In this document: positions 20,865 through 29,438 of the stretch, in pieces
Layout of the letters: the number at the start of each line of letters is the position of its first letter
How positions within the stretch are numbered: position 1 is the stretch's first letter
Assembly: GCA_947166925.1 (NCBI GenBank)
Contig: CAMVGD010000001.1
Coordinates: forward strand, 41,574 to 105,573
Length of the DNA stretch: 64,000 bases
Direction of reading: 5' to 3'
DNA from: an uncultured Clostridia bacterium
GTDB lineage: Bacteria; Bacillota; Clostridia; Christensenellales; CAG-138
Notes under the pieces: generated by a model
Databases searched by the model: none
Told to the model about the DNA's origin: nothing
What the model saw: the letters and a program-made list of their open reading frames with translations, nothing else
Position numbers and translations under genes: made by a program

Positions 20865-22322
20865 TTAGCTCTTCAGACGATATGTTCGATTGCGGTTGCC
20901 GCCTTCCGGAACAACGATGCCTTCTGAAACGAGCTCGTACAACAGTTGCTTTACTCTCGTTGATTTCACCCCCAACACCTGAGTAAGCTGCGATACGCTG
21001 CATTTGCTTTGATTTGTTAAGTGCTCGATGATCAAAGCCTTCTGCACAGATGCTTTTATCGTCACTTTTTTATCGTCGCTTTTTATCGTCACTTTTTTAT
21101 CGTCACTTTTGAACAGCGGCAATACAAGCGTGCTTCGGTCGGGTTCGGAGGAGACCAGAATCGTCGGATCGCTCCAGCCCTGCTGCTTCCAGGCAGAAAA
21201 GATATTCGGAATACCGCTGCCCGCGCGTTCACCGATATCGATCAGATTGAACATCTTCATCATCGTACCGTTGCGCGGATCGGAGATGCCGCCGGAACGC
21301 GCGGCGGAAAGACCGATGCGGAAATCACCCGGATTGGTCATGGTGATCACATCTTTTTTCTTGATAATGACGAGTCCCTGCCGACCGTAGTAATCGGCGT
21401 TGACCAGGCAATTTGCCAACGCTTCGCGCAGCGCCCGATGGACCGGCGTATCATCGACGCGGTAAATCCCGTTCATCTCAAAGGGGACTTTCAGATCAAG
21501 CTGAAGCTTGTTATAGACCCGGAAATAGAAATCGAAGACGTTTCCGCTCCAATCTCCGGAAGAAGAGATGACCCGATCTGTCCATCGATGGACGTCATCG
21601 TATTCTTCGCGATAATCCAGGAAGTAGCGCGGGTATTCACGGACGATATCCGATTCGTTTCCAAACATCAATAAGCCTGCTGCGGTGGGATGAACCGAAC
21701 CGTTTTCGCCGATTGCCGCTGCGCCGAGTTTGATGAGAAAATGCTCGTCGTCCAGAGTATCCCAGACATGCCCGGGCTTGCTGAGACGCATCCGCTGCCG
21801 ATAAGCACGCAAGCTCTCGGCGTTGATGACGTCCAGACGCATTTCCTGCAGAACGAGCATATCCTGCGTCTTTATTGAGGCATCACGGTACATTGCATGC
21901 AGTTCGTCGGCGGTGCACTTGTAATCGCCTTCTCCGTTGCGGCGATAGCTGTTCAGCGGATTGCCGTCCACAAAAACCGGTTTATAGGTGCGATCGGCCC
22001 GCGGGACATTGATAACGACGATGCTTTCCTCGCCGACAGGTTCAATCGTAACATCTTTGCTCGAAAGAATGTTGACGCTGGCTTTATTGGGATTGTTGAC
22101 GGCGTCCCAGAAATCCTTTACCAGTTTTTCCGGATCCGGAAGATGGACTGCGTGGAGAGATTTGTCCGGATGCTCTTCGACACCGAGCAGAATGATCCCG
22201 CCTAGCGTATTTGCGAATGCGGAATATGTCTCCCAAATGCTCTGCGGAAGTCCGCCGACAGCTTTCTTTGCTTCGATTCGGTTGTTTTCTCTGTACTGTT
22301 CCAGATGCTGCAGGTCGATCAT
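20865..22322 (-). CDS. AlbA_2 (Schlafen-like) / HATPase_c_4 / C-terminal wHTH protein ('putative DNA-binding ATPase')
   Basis: N-terminal ENNRIEAKKAVGGLPQSIWETYSAFANTLGGIILLGVEE; central LREALANCLVNADY...GERAGSGIPNIF; C-terminal wHTH-like LTQVLGVKSTRVKQLLYELVSEGIV. Its GC is lower than the neighbouring genes. Confidence 0.75.
   Translation of the reverse strand: MIDLQHLEQYRENNRIEAKKAVGGLPQSIWETYSAFANTLGGIILLGVEEHPDKSLHAVHLPDPEKLVKDFWDAVNNPNKASVNILSSKDVTIEPVGEESIVVINVPRADRTYKPVFVDGNPLNSYRRNGEGDYKCTADELHAMYRDASIKTQDMLVLQEMRLDVINAESLRAYRQRMRLSKPGHVWDTLDDEHFLIKLGAAAIGENGSVHPTAAGLLMFGNESDIVREYPRYFLDYREEYDDVHRWTDRVISSSGDWSGNVFDFYFRVYNKLQLDLKVPFEMNGIYRVDDTPVHRALREALANCLVNADYYGRQGLVIIKKKDVITMTNPGDFRIGLSAARSGGISDPRNGTMMKMFNLIDIGERAGSGIPNIFSAWKQQGWSDPTILVSSEPDRSTLVLPLFKSDDKKVTIKSDDKKVTIKASVQKALIIEHLTNQSKCSVSQLTQVLGVKSTRVKQLLYELVSEGIVVPEGGNRNRTYRLKS
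21057..21110. repeat. Perfect-register 2 x 27-nt tandem duplication inside the CDS
   Basis: tatcgtcacttttttatcgtcGctttt / tatcgtcacttttttatcgtcActttt (one mismatch), encoding KSDDKKVTI twice in the linker before the wHTH. Confidence 0.9.
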
Positions 22323-22584
22323 GGTATACCTCCGAAAATCTCCATATACATTATAGCCGAAGGCAGCAGTGTTTACAATGTTTTTTCATGCTGAATGGAG
22401 CCGACTGACCGTGCCGAAACCAGGTTCCTTCAGTGGATCCGATAAATGAACTTGTCTGTACAGGTAAAAACCGGTACAATAAAAAGACCGCTTTTATCAG
22501 AATGAGAAAAAATGGTATGATAAAAAACGGATGCAATATTTTTCGGTGTTCGTGCGTTGTTATGATGAAAGGACGGAAAATGAC

Positions 22585-23157
22585 ATGTTGATAAATGCAC
22601 AAAAAGCAGAAGACCCGGATCGCGAGAGAATCGATTCTTTGCTGTCACGCATCAAGGACGGAGATCGGCACGCCATGGAGTTGCTGTATCGCTGTACCGC
22701 GAAGAACGTGTACGGCTATGCGCTGTCCATGCTGAAAAGCACGGCGGACGCAGAGGACGTTTTGCATGACTGCTACGTGCAGGTATTTCAGAAAGCGCGT
22801 TTTTACAGAAGTGAAGGAAAGCCTATGGCGTGGATCCTCACGATTGTGAAGAACCTCTGCCGCGATGCGATGCGGAAGCGAAAAAAGACCGATCCCCTTC
22901 CGGACGGAGATTGGGTTGCGGAGCTTGCAGAACAAAAGCACTTATCGAACGACGAGCGTCTTCTGTTGGACGAGTGCATGAAAAGACTTTCCGATGAGGA
23001 GCGCATGATCATCGTGCAGCATGCCGTTATCGGATTCAAGCATCAGGAAATCGCAGACGATCCGGATCTGCCGCTGTCAACCGTTCTTTCCAAATACCGG
23101 CGGGCGCTCATGAAACTGCGCACCGCAATGCTGAAAGGAGATTCCTATGATGCCTGA
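22585..23157 (+). CDS. ECF-type sigma-70 family RNA polymerase sigma factor
   Basis: Region 2 (AMELLYRCTAKNVYGYALSMLKSTADAEDVLHDCYVQVF) and region 4 (LSDEERMIIVQHAVIGFKHQEIADDPDLPLSTVLSKYRRALMKL). ATG 22585 has AAAGGA upstream. Confidence 0.85.
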   Translation: MLINAQKAEDPDRERIDSLLSRIKDGDRHAMELLYRCTAKNVYGYALSMLKSTADAEDVLHDCYVQVFQKARFYRSEGKPMAWILTIVKNLCRDAMRKRKKTDPLPDGDWVAELAEQKHLSNDERLLLDECMKRLSDEERMIIVQHAVIGFKHQEIADDPDLPLSTVLSKYRRALMKLRTAMLKGDSYDA

Positions 23158-24679
23158 TAAAGAACTGGAAAAAAAGGTGGATGATCTGTTCGCAAAACTG
23201 ACGCCCGATTACGCGGAATCGATGCTCAAAGATATCGATACGGTGCAAAAACCTGCCGGCAAAAAGCGCAATCTGAAAAATCTCTGGCTGCGCGTCGGAT
23301 CGATCGCGGCGGTATTCGTTCTTGTGACGGTCGGGATCGTCGCCGCTGTCAATTTTACGCGCTACAACAAGGTCGATACGACCGTAACGCTTGACGTCAA
23401 CCCGAGCATTGAATTGCGCGTCAACCGGTATGACCGCGTTCTGCGCGTCACGCCGCTCAACGCAGACGGCGAAACGGTGATCGGTACGATGCAGCTGAAG
23501 AACGTTGACCTCGACGTTGCGGTCAACGCACTGATCGGCTCCATGATGAAGAACGGTTATCTCAGCGAGATGTCAAACTCGATCCTTGTTACGGTGGATG
23601 GTTCTGACGCCGCGCGAAGCAGCACTCTTACAGAACGTATTTCCTCGGATATTGAAGCGCAGCTGAACGCCGGCTTTACCGGATCGGTGTTAAGCCAGAC
23701 GGTACAGCACGATGCAGCGCTGCAATCGCTTGCCGACGAACACTCGATCACGGTCGGGAAAGCACAGCTGATCCAAGCGCTGGTCAGCCGCAATCCGCTT
23801 TACTCGTTCGACGCGCTCTCAAAGCTGTCCATCAACGAGCTGAACGTGCTGCTTGCAAAGGAGCCCGTAAATACCGACGCCATTCACACATCCGGCAGCG
23901 CAAGCACAAGCGCGTATATCGGCGAGGAACAGGCGCTTTCGATCGCTTGTCTCTATGTCGGGCTTGAGCCGTCCGAGGTGACGCTGACGGAGGCGATCGA
24001 GCTGGAATACGAAAACGGCAAGATGGTCTATGACGTGGAATTTCGCAAGGATGACTGCAAGTATGAATTCGATATCGACGCCATAACCGGAGAGATCGTT
24101 TCTTTCGGGCAAAAGCAGAAACCAAGCAGTGAACCGGTCTCTCCGCCGGTCACGCCGGCACCGCCTGTTGCGGATATCGGGCAGGAACGAGCCGTTGCGA
24201 TCGCGCTTTCCCACGCAAACGTACCGCAGAGCGAAGCGGTTATCAGGAAGATCGAAACGGAATCAGACAACGGTGTAACGTATTATGAGATCGAGTTTAT
24301 CGATTCCGCCTTTGAGTACGAGTATAAGGTCAATGCCGCGACCGGTGCGATCATCAAAGCCGACAAGGAGCGCGACGACGATGCGCCCGGCACACATTCG
24401 GAAGCGCCGGAGCACAGCGCCGAGCTGATCGGCGAAGCAAAGGCAAAGGAGATCGCTTTGCGCCATGCGGGCTTCAGCGCCGGTGCGGTCAAGAAGCTGA
24501 AATGTGAGCTGGATCGCGAAAAAGGCAAGCTCGTCTATGAGGTCGAGTTCGAGGCGAACGGAATCGAATACGAATACACCGTCGACGCCGAGACCGGAGA
24601 GATCGTAAAGATCGAAAAAGAAGACGACCGGAAAGATATTGACGACGACGATGACGACGATTTCGACGACGATGATTAA
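23147..24679 (+). CDS. Membrane anti-sigma factor with three PepSY-like repeats and a poly-Asp tail
   Basis: Overlaps the sigma gene by 11 nt. It has a single TM (VGSIAAVFVLVTVGIVAAV) and three repeats of the type IGEE/QERA..IAL.HAG.....V......E.ENG..VYEVEF....EYEY.VDA.TGEI. It ends DIDDDDDDDFDDDD. Confidence 0.7.
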   Translation: MMPDKELEKKVDDLFAKLTPDYAESMLKDIDTVQKPAGKKRNLKNLWLRVGSIAAVFVLVTVGIVAAVNFTRYNKVDTTVTLDVNPSIELRVNRYDRVLRVTPLNADGETVIGTMQLKNVDLDVAVNALIGSMMKNGYLSEMSNSILVTVDGSDAARSSTLTERISSDIEAQLNAGFTGSVLSQTVQHDAALQSLADEHSITVGKAQLIQALVSRNPLYSFDALSKLSINELNVLLAKEPVNTDAIHTSGSASTSAYIGEEQALSIACLYVGLEPSEVTLTEAIELEYENGKMVYDVEFRKDDCKYEFDIDAITGEIVSFGQKQKPSSEPVSPPVTPAPPVADIGQERAVAIALSHANVPQSEAVIRKIETESDNGVTYYEIEFIDSAFEYEYKVNAATGAIIKADKERDDDAPGTHSEAPEHSAELIGEAKAKEIALRHAGFSAGAVKKLKCELDREKGKLVYEVEFEANGIEYEYTVDAETGEIVKIEKEDDRKDIDDDDDDDFDDDD

Positions 24680-24711
24680 GTCGCGGTTGGGTTAATCGAT
24701 ATACGCAGATC

Positions 24712-26521
24712 AAAGGGGCTGTTAAAAAGTCCCAATAAAAAATAGCAAGACTCTCGGAAAAAGTTTCCGGGAGTCTTTGCTATGTGGTATAATATTTGTG
24801 TGAATAAACAACCATAACACAATTATAGCGCAAAGCAGGGAAGATTACCAGTGTTTTTTGCAGATATGTTGAATATCTGCGATCCGGTATTGGCATTTGA
24901 CGAGCTCATGGAGGAAGTCAACATAAAACGGTACCTTCGGGAACGTCCGTACGGAAAGAAAGGACGGCCGGGGTATAATCGCGTCAACATGCTGAAAACG
25001 GTACTGTTCGGATTCATGGAACATGGATATGCGGCACTGAGAACACTGGACGATGACTGCAAAGTAAATCTGCGGTACATGTATCTCATGGACTGGGAAA
25101 CACCGAGTTACGGAGCATTCGGATACTTCATCCGGGAAGAGCTGCAGGGAAGCATGGAAGAGATCTTTCAGGCAGTGAACGCAAGGATCTTTGAAAAAGA
25201 GCATGTAGATCTGAAACACTTGTATATCGACGGAACGAAGCTGGAAGCGAACGCGAACAAGTACAGCTGGGTGTGGAGGAAAGGCACGGAGAAAAGCCGG
25301 TACAGGATGTTCGGAAAGATCACCGCATTATTGGAGCAGATCAACGAAACGCTCGCTCCGACCGGTATGCGGATGGAACCCAACACCGAGTACGTACCGG
25401 AATATCTGGATCTGCTCTCAGAGCGGTACCGGGAGGTCAGGCATATCGATCCGGACACGTTTGTTTCGGGACGCGGACATCACAAGAGCACGGAGCAGCG
25501 CTATTACGAGCAGTTGACGGCATATACGGAGAAGCTGAGAGAATACACGGAAAAGCTGCGCATCTGCGGACCGGAACGGAACAGCTATTCCAAAACGGAT
25601 CGTGACGCGACGTTCATGCGGATGAAACAGGATTATATGGGGAACGACCAGCTGCTTCCTGCGTACAACATCCAGATCGGAGTCGCGGATGAATACATTG
25701 CCGTTATGGACGTACAGCAATACCGTTCGGACATGGACTGCTTTGTCCCGCTCATGGAGAAGTTCCAAAGGCAATACGGCTTCTACCCGAGATATCCGGT
25801 AGCGGACGCAGGGTACGGCTCCTACAACAATTATCTGTACTGCCGGGAACATGATATGGAATTATACATGAAGTTCCCCATGTACGAGAAAGAGACAAAA
25901 GACAGGAAGTATGCTTCCGATCCGTTCCGGGCAGTCAACTTCCGGACGGATGAAGCCGGGAATCTCATCTGTCCGAATGACCGAAAGCTGTCCTTTTCCT
26001 ACCGGAAGGCAGTCAAAGGAAACCGATACGGACGGCAGGAAGAGGTCTACACTTGTGAGGACTGCAGTGATTGTCCGTATGCTTCCCAATGCAAGAAGAC
26101 CGATCAGAACCGAACGATCCGGCTGAATCAGGAACTGACGCAGATCCATGAGGAAGTGCTGGAAAACCTGAACTGCATTCACGGCGCACTGCTCCGGAGG
26201 AACCGCTCTATCCAGGCAGAAGGCACTTTCGGGATCATGAAGCAGGACCGGAACTACCGGCGGACACGACGAAGAAGTCTTGATTTCGTCCGAACCGAGT
26301 TATATCTCGTTTCTATCGGGCACAACCTCTACAAATACTGCAACTAACTCCAAAAACAACAGATCGCAGCGTAGCCAAAGGAATCTTCCGGTTTCTGGGG
26401 TAAGGGGTACTATATTCATTCGCACAAAACTTCACTCTATTACATCGCTCGTTCTTCCGATTTGTAAATGAAACGGAGCCGTTAAGATCCTCTTTCGGGT
26501 TTCTTAACGGTTCCCCGTTTC
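24712..26521 (+). mobile_element. IS1182-family insertion sequence (ends approximate)
   Basis: It encloses the transposase. The candidate imperfect terminal inverted repeats are aaaggggctgttaaaaagtccc (24712-) and gggtttcttaacggttccccgttt (-26521). The right end also forms a hairpin (26470-26520). No clear target-site duplication was identified. Confidence 0.5.
24851..26347 (+). CDS. IS1182-family DDE transposase
   Basis: YSKTDRDATFMRMK, LLPAYNIQIGVADEYI, YPVADAGYGSYNNY and a C-terminal Cys-rich CEDCSDCPYASQC segment, as I recall for IS1182-type transposases. It has a GTG start and lower GC. Confidence 0.85.
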   Translation: MFFADMLNICDPVLAFDELMEEVNIKRYLRERPYGKKGRPGYNRVNMLKTVLFGFMEHGYAALRTLDDDCKVNLRYMYLMDWETPSYGAFGYFIREELQGSMEEIFQAVNARIFEKEHVDLKHLYIDGTKLEANANKYSWVWRKGTEKSRYRMFGKITALLEQINETLAPTGMRMEPNTEYVPEYLDLLSERYREVRHIDPDTFVSGRGHHKSTEQRYYEQLTAYTEKLREYTEKLRICGPERNSYSKTDRDATFMRMKQDYMGNDQLLPAYNIQIGVADEYIAVMDVQQYRSDMDCFVPLMEKFQRQYGFYPRYPVADAGYGSYNNYLYCREHDMELYMKFPMYEKETKDRKYASDPFRAVNFRTDEAGNLICPNDRKLSFSYRKAVKGNRYGRQEEVYTCEDCSDCPYASQCKKTDQNRTIRLNQELTQIHEEVLENLNCIHGALLRRNRSIQAEGTFGIMKQDRNYRRTRRRSLDFVRTELYLVSIGHNLYKYCN

Positions 26522-26567
26522 TTGTATCAGAAAAGACGCTGCATCGGACCGCCGCGGCGTCATTTTT

Positions 26568-26613
26568 GCGCGAAGCGCTTGCAATCAGATTTCTCCGCAA
26601 CAGATCGCCGTTG
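26568..26613. repeat. 46-nt direct repeat, copy 2 (partner at 8623-8668)
   Basis: gcgcgaagcgcTtgcaatcagatttctccgCaAcAgatcgccgTtg. It lies between the IS right end and the 3' end of the MATE gene. Confidence 0.8.
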
Positions 26614-26681
26614 GTATTATTATGTCATTTGCGAAACAAACCGCCGTGCTGCAGGGCTTTTCCGGAAAGGCGGGGGATCCG

Positions 26682-28112
26682 TCAGTCCGGCTGCTGTTCG
26701 CCGACGTCGGCGTCATCGCTGCGTACGATGTTGACGACCCAGCGATCGCTCCTTACCAGGATAAAGCCGATCACGCACTTGATGAGCTCCAGCGAACAGC
26801 ACACGATATAGAGCGGCAAAATCGGAAGCGCCGTAAACCGGCTCAGAACGAACGCGACGGGAATACAGATCGCCCAGACGAAGCAGCTGTCGAACAGCAT
26901 CGTGATCCGCGTCTGTCCGCCGGAGCGCAGGGTGAAATAGCAGGCGTGGGTGAACGCGTTGAACGGCATCATGCATGCGGAGACCCAGAGGAACCGCGTC
27001 GCGAGCGTCTTCACCTCGTCGCCGGTGTTGTAAAGCCGGGGGATGAACGGCGCGGCGACGGCGAGCGCGGCGCCGAAGAACAGGCAGGTGCACACCGACA
27101 GCGCAATGATCTTTCTGTCCGTGTCCTTCGCTTCCTCCAGCTTGTTCGCGCCGAGCAGGTTGCCGACGATGATGCCGATCGAGGAGCCGATGGACATGAA
27201 GACGATGTTAAAGAGGTTCGATACCGTGCTCGAAATGTTCAGCGCCGCGACCGCGGAGATGCCGCGCATCGAATAGCACTGCATCATGGTCGTCATGCCG
27301 AGCGACCAGAACGCCTCGTTCAACAGAAGCGGCGTGCCCTTCAGAACGATCTGTTTTGCAAGGGCGCCGGGCACATAAAGCGAGCGGCAGACGCCTTTGA
27401 AGAACGGGAAGCGATTCGTGTGGGTATGCGCGTAGGTCACGATGATCGCAAGCTCAACAAAGCGGGAAATGACCGTTGCGATCGCCGCGCCGAGCACGCC
27501 GAGCGCGGGGAAGCCGAGCTTGCCGAAGATCAGCAGATAGTTGAACAGCAGATTGATGAGCACGGCGGACCCGCTGGCGACCATCGGCACGAAGGTCTCG
27601 CCCGTTTCGCGCAGAGAAAAGGCGTAGCACATCGAAAGCGCGGCGGGAACGAGCCCGATCAGCATGATCAGGACGTATTTGCTGCCGTATTCGAGCGTTG
27701 CGGCAAGGTCGCCCTCCGCACCGCTTTCGTGCAGAAACAGCGTGAGCAGCGGTTTATGAAAAAAGCCGAGGACGACCAGCGCGACGGTCGAGACGCAGAC
27801 GCAGATCAGCAGCTTAAAGCGGAGCACGTGCCGCACGCCGTCCGTATCCTTTTTCCCGGCGAACTGCGCGCCGAAGATGCTGGCGCCGGAAAGCCCGCCG
27901 AAGACGGTCAGATTGAACACGAAGATCAGCTGGTTTGCGATCGCGACGCCGCTCATCTGCTCGGTTCCGATCCTGCCGACCATCAGATTGTCCAGTACGT
28001 TGACGAACTGGCTGACGCCGTTCTGGATCACGACAGGAATGACGATCGCAAGGACCGCCTGATAAAACGCTTTATTCCCGATGTATTTTGAAAGAAAAGA
28101 CCGATGTTCCAT
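26682..28112 (-). CDS. MATE-family efflux transporter
   Basis: 12-TM type protein with an N-terminal FYQAVLAIVIPVVIQNGVSQFVNVLDNLMVGRIG motif. ATG 28112 (MEHRSFL) is preferred over the upstream track start. Confidence 0.85.
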   Translation of the reverse strand: MEHRSFLSKYIGNKAFYQAVLAIVIPVVIQNGVSQFVNVLDNLMVGRIGTEQMSGVAIANQLIFVFNLTVFGGLSGASIFGAQFAGKKDTDGVRHVLRFKLLICVCVSTVALVVLGFFHKPLLTLFLHESGAEGDLAATLEYGSKYVLIMLIGLVPAALSMCYAFSLRETGETFVPMVASGSAVLINLLFNYLLIFGKLGFPALGVLGAAIATVISRFVELAIIVTYAHTHTNRFPFFKGVCRSLYVPGALAKQIVLKGTPLLLNEAFWSLGMTTMMQCYSMRGISAVAALNISSTVSNLFNIVFMSIGSSIGIIVGNLLGANKLEEAKDTDRKIIALSVCTCLFFGAALAVAAPFIPRLYNTGDEVKTLATRFLWVSACMMPFNAFTHACYFTLRSGGQTRITMLFDSCFVWAICIPVAFVLSRFTALPILPLYIVCCSLELIKCVIGFILVRSDRWVVNIVRSDDADVGEQQPD

Positions 28113-28392
28113 TGTCCGCCGTTCTCCGCAGGGCGTTCTTCCGCCCGTCCGTCTCACAGTATACCATGAACGCCTGCAAAAGAAAAGCCGGAAAGCGCGA
28201 TCCGGGCTTTTGTCAAAAAAATAGCTGCATGAATCCGTTTTGCTTTTTCGCAAAAGGGATTTCCCTTTACGGAACGATTAAGAAGGCGATGCCGACGGAC
28301 GGTTTGCCGCTTGCGTCTGTGCGCATGAGAAAAAAAGCAGTCCGAAGCGTCTGTACGGAACAGTATGCGGGCAGATGTATACAAATTTTGCA

Positions 28393-28421
28393 TTGCAATC
28401 CGACCGGATTTGCTTTACACT
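28393..28421 (+). promoter_or_regulatory. Candidate promoter of the PPTase-STAS-PP2C-NRPS operon
   Basis: TTGCAA (28393-28398), a 17-nt spacer, then TACACT (28416-28421), in an AT-rich divergent region. Confidence 0.35.
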
Positions 28422-28453
28422 GTATATGTGATAATATATAAATCCGAACGACG

Positions 28454-29143
28454 GTGCACAAAGGAATGCTGACAAGGATCTATTTTACCTGCGTAAGTCC
28501 GCTTGCGGACGAGCGGCTCTATCGAAGTCTGTACGCGGCGGCTTCGGAGGAACGAAGGCAGAAGACCGATCGGTATCGGTTTTTGAAGGACCGGATGCTG
28601 TCTCTCGGCACGGAGGGGCTGCTGCTTTACGCGCTTGGAAAGGCGGGTCGAGATTACAAAGCGGTCTCCTGTCGGTACGGGGAGCATCAAAAGCCGTATC
28701 TTTCCGACGCGGACGGGTTCTTCTTCAACTTCTCCCACGCCGGAGAATATGCGATGCTCGCGGTCTCGGATGCGGAGGTGGGCTGCGACGTCGAAAAGAT
28801 CCGTCCGGTCGATCCCGGACTGTTCGCCCGCGTGCTGACCACGGACGAGCATGCCGCACTGACGGCGGCGCCGAAAGCGGAGCGGGACGCGCTGTTTTTC
28901 CGGTACTGGGTGCTGAAGGAGAGCTGTATGAAGGCGCTCGGAAAGGGACTCCTTCTGGACCCGAGATCGTTCTCGCTCACGCTTGCCCCTGCGATCCGTG
29001 CAAGCGGCGCAGGCGTTTCGGGACCGCTTGCGTTTGCCGACGGCGCATTTTCGGACTACCGTTACGCGGTCTGCCGCTTCGGAGAAGACATTCGGATACA
29101 AACGGAGATCGTTCCGATAGAAGATATCACAGGAGGTATTTGA
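28454..29143 (+). CDS. Sfp-type 4'-phosphopantetheinyl transferase
   Basis: FNFSHAGEYAMLAVS..VGCDVEKI and FFRYWVLKESCMKALGKGL are PPTase motifs. The start is uncertain (GTG 28454 or ATG 28466). Confidence 0.85.
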   Translation: MHKGMLTRIYFTCVSPLADERLYRSLYAAASEERRQKTDRYRFLKDRMLSLGTEGLLLYALGKAGRDYKAVSCRYGEHQKPYLSDADGFFFNFSHAGEYAMLAVSDAEVGCDVEKIRPVDPGLFARVLTTDEHAALTAAPKAERDALFFRYWVLKESCMKALGKGLLLDPRSFSLTLAPAIRASGAGVSGPLAFADGAFSDYRYAVCRFGEDIRIQTEIVPIEDITGGI

Positions 29144-29144
29144 C

Positions 29145-29438
29145 ATGACCATTGAAAAGATCGAAGAAAACGGTGTCGTTACGCTGAAGCTCGCGGGCTG
29201 GCTCGACACGCAGGCCGCAGCACTGTTTGAGGAGCAGATCGAAGCGCTGGACCCCGGCACGCCGTCGCTTGTTCTCGACCTTGCAGCGCTGGAGTACACG
29301 TCCTCGGCCGGACTCCGGCAGATCGTCGCCGCCCACAAAAAGGTGGACGGACGCCTGACGCTGAAGAACGTACAGCCGGAGATCATGGATGTGCTCGAAA
29401 TGGCAGGATTCTTAAAGCGCCTGCACGTTGAATCATGA
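29145..29438 (+). CDS. STAS-domain protein (anti-sigma-factor-antagonist type, SpoIIAA/RsbV-like)
   Basis: 97 aa with LDLAALEYTSSAGLRQIV (a conserved phosphorylatable Ser context). It starts 1 nt after the PPTase stop. Confidence 0.85.
   Translation: MTIEKIEENGVVTLKLAGWLDTQAAALFEEQIEALDPGTPSLVLDLAALEYTSSAGLRQIVAAHKKVDGRLTLKNVQPEIMDVLEMAGFLKRLHVES

Noticed and set aside
24641-24679. A GAC/GAT codon run that looks like a microsatellite.
   Set aside because: It is in frame and encodes the poly-Asp C-terminus of the anti-sigma factor.
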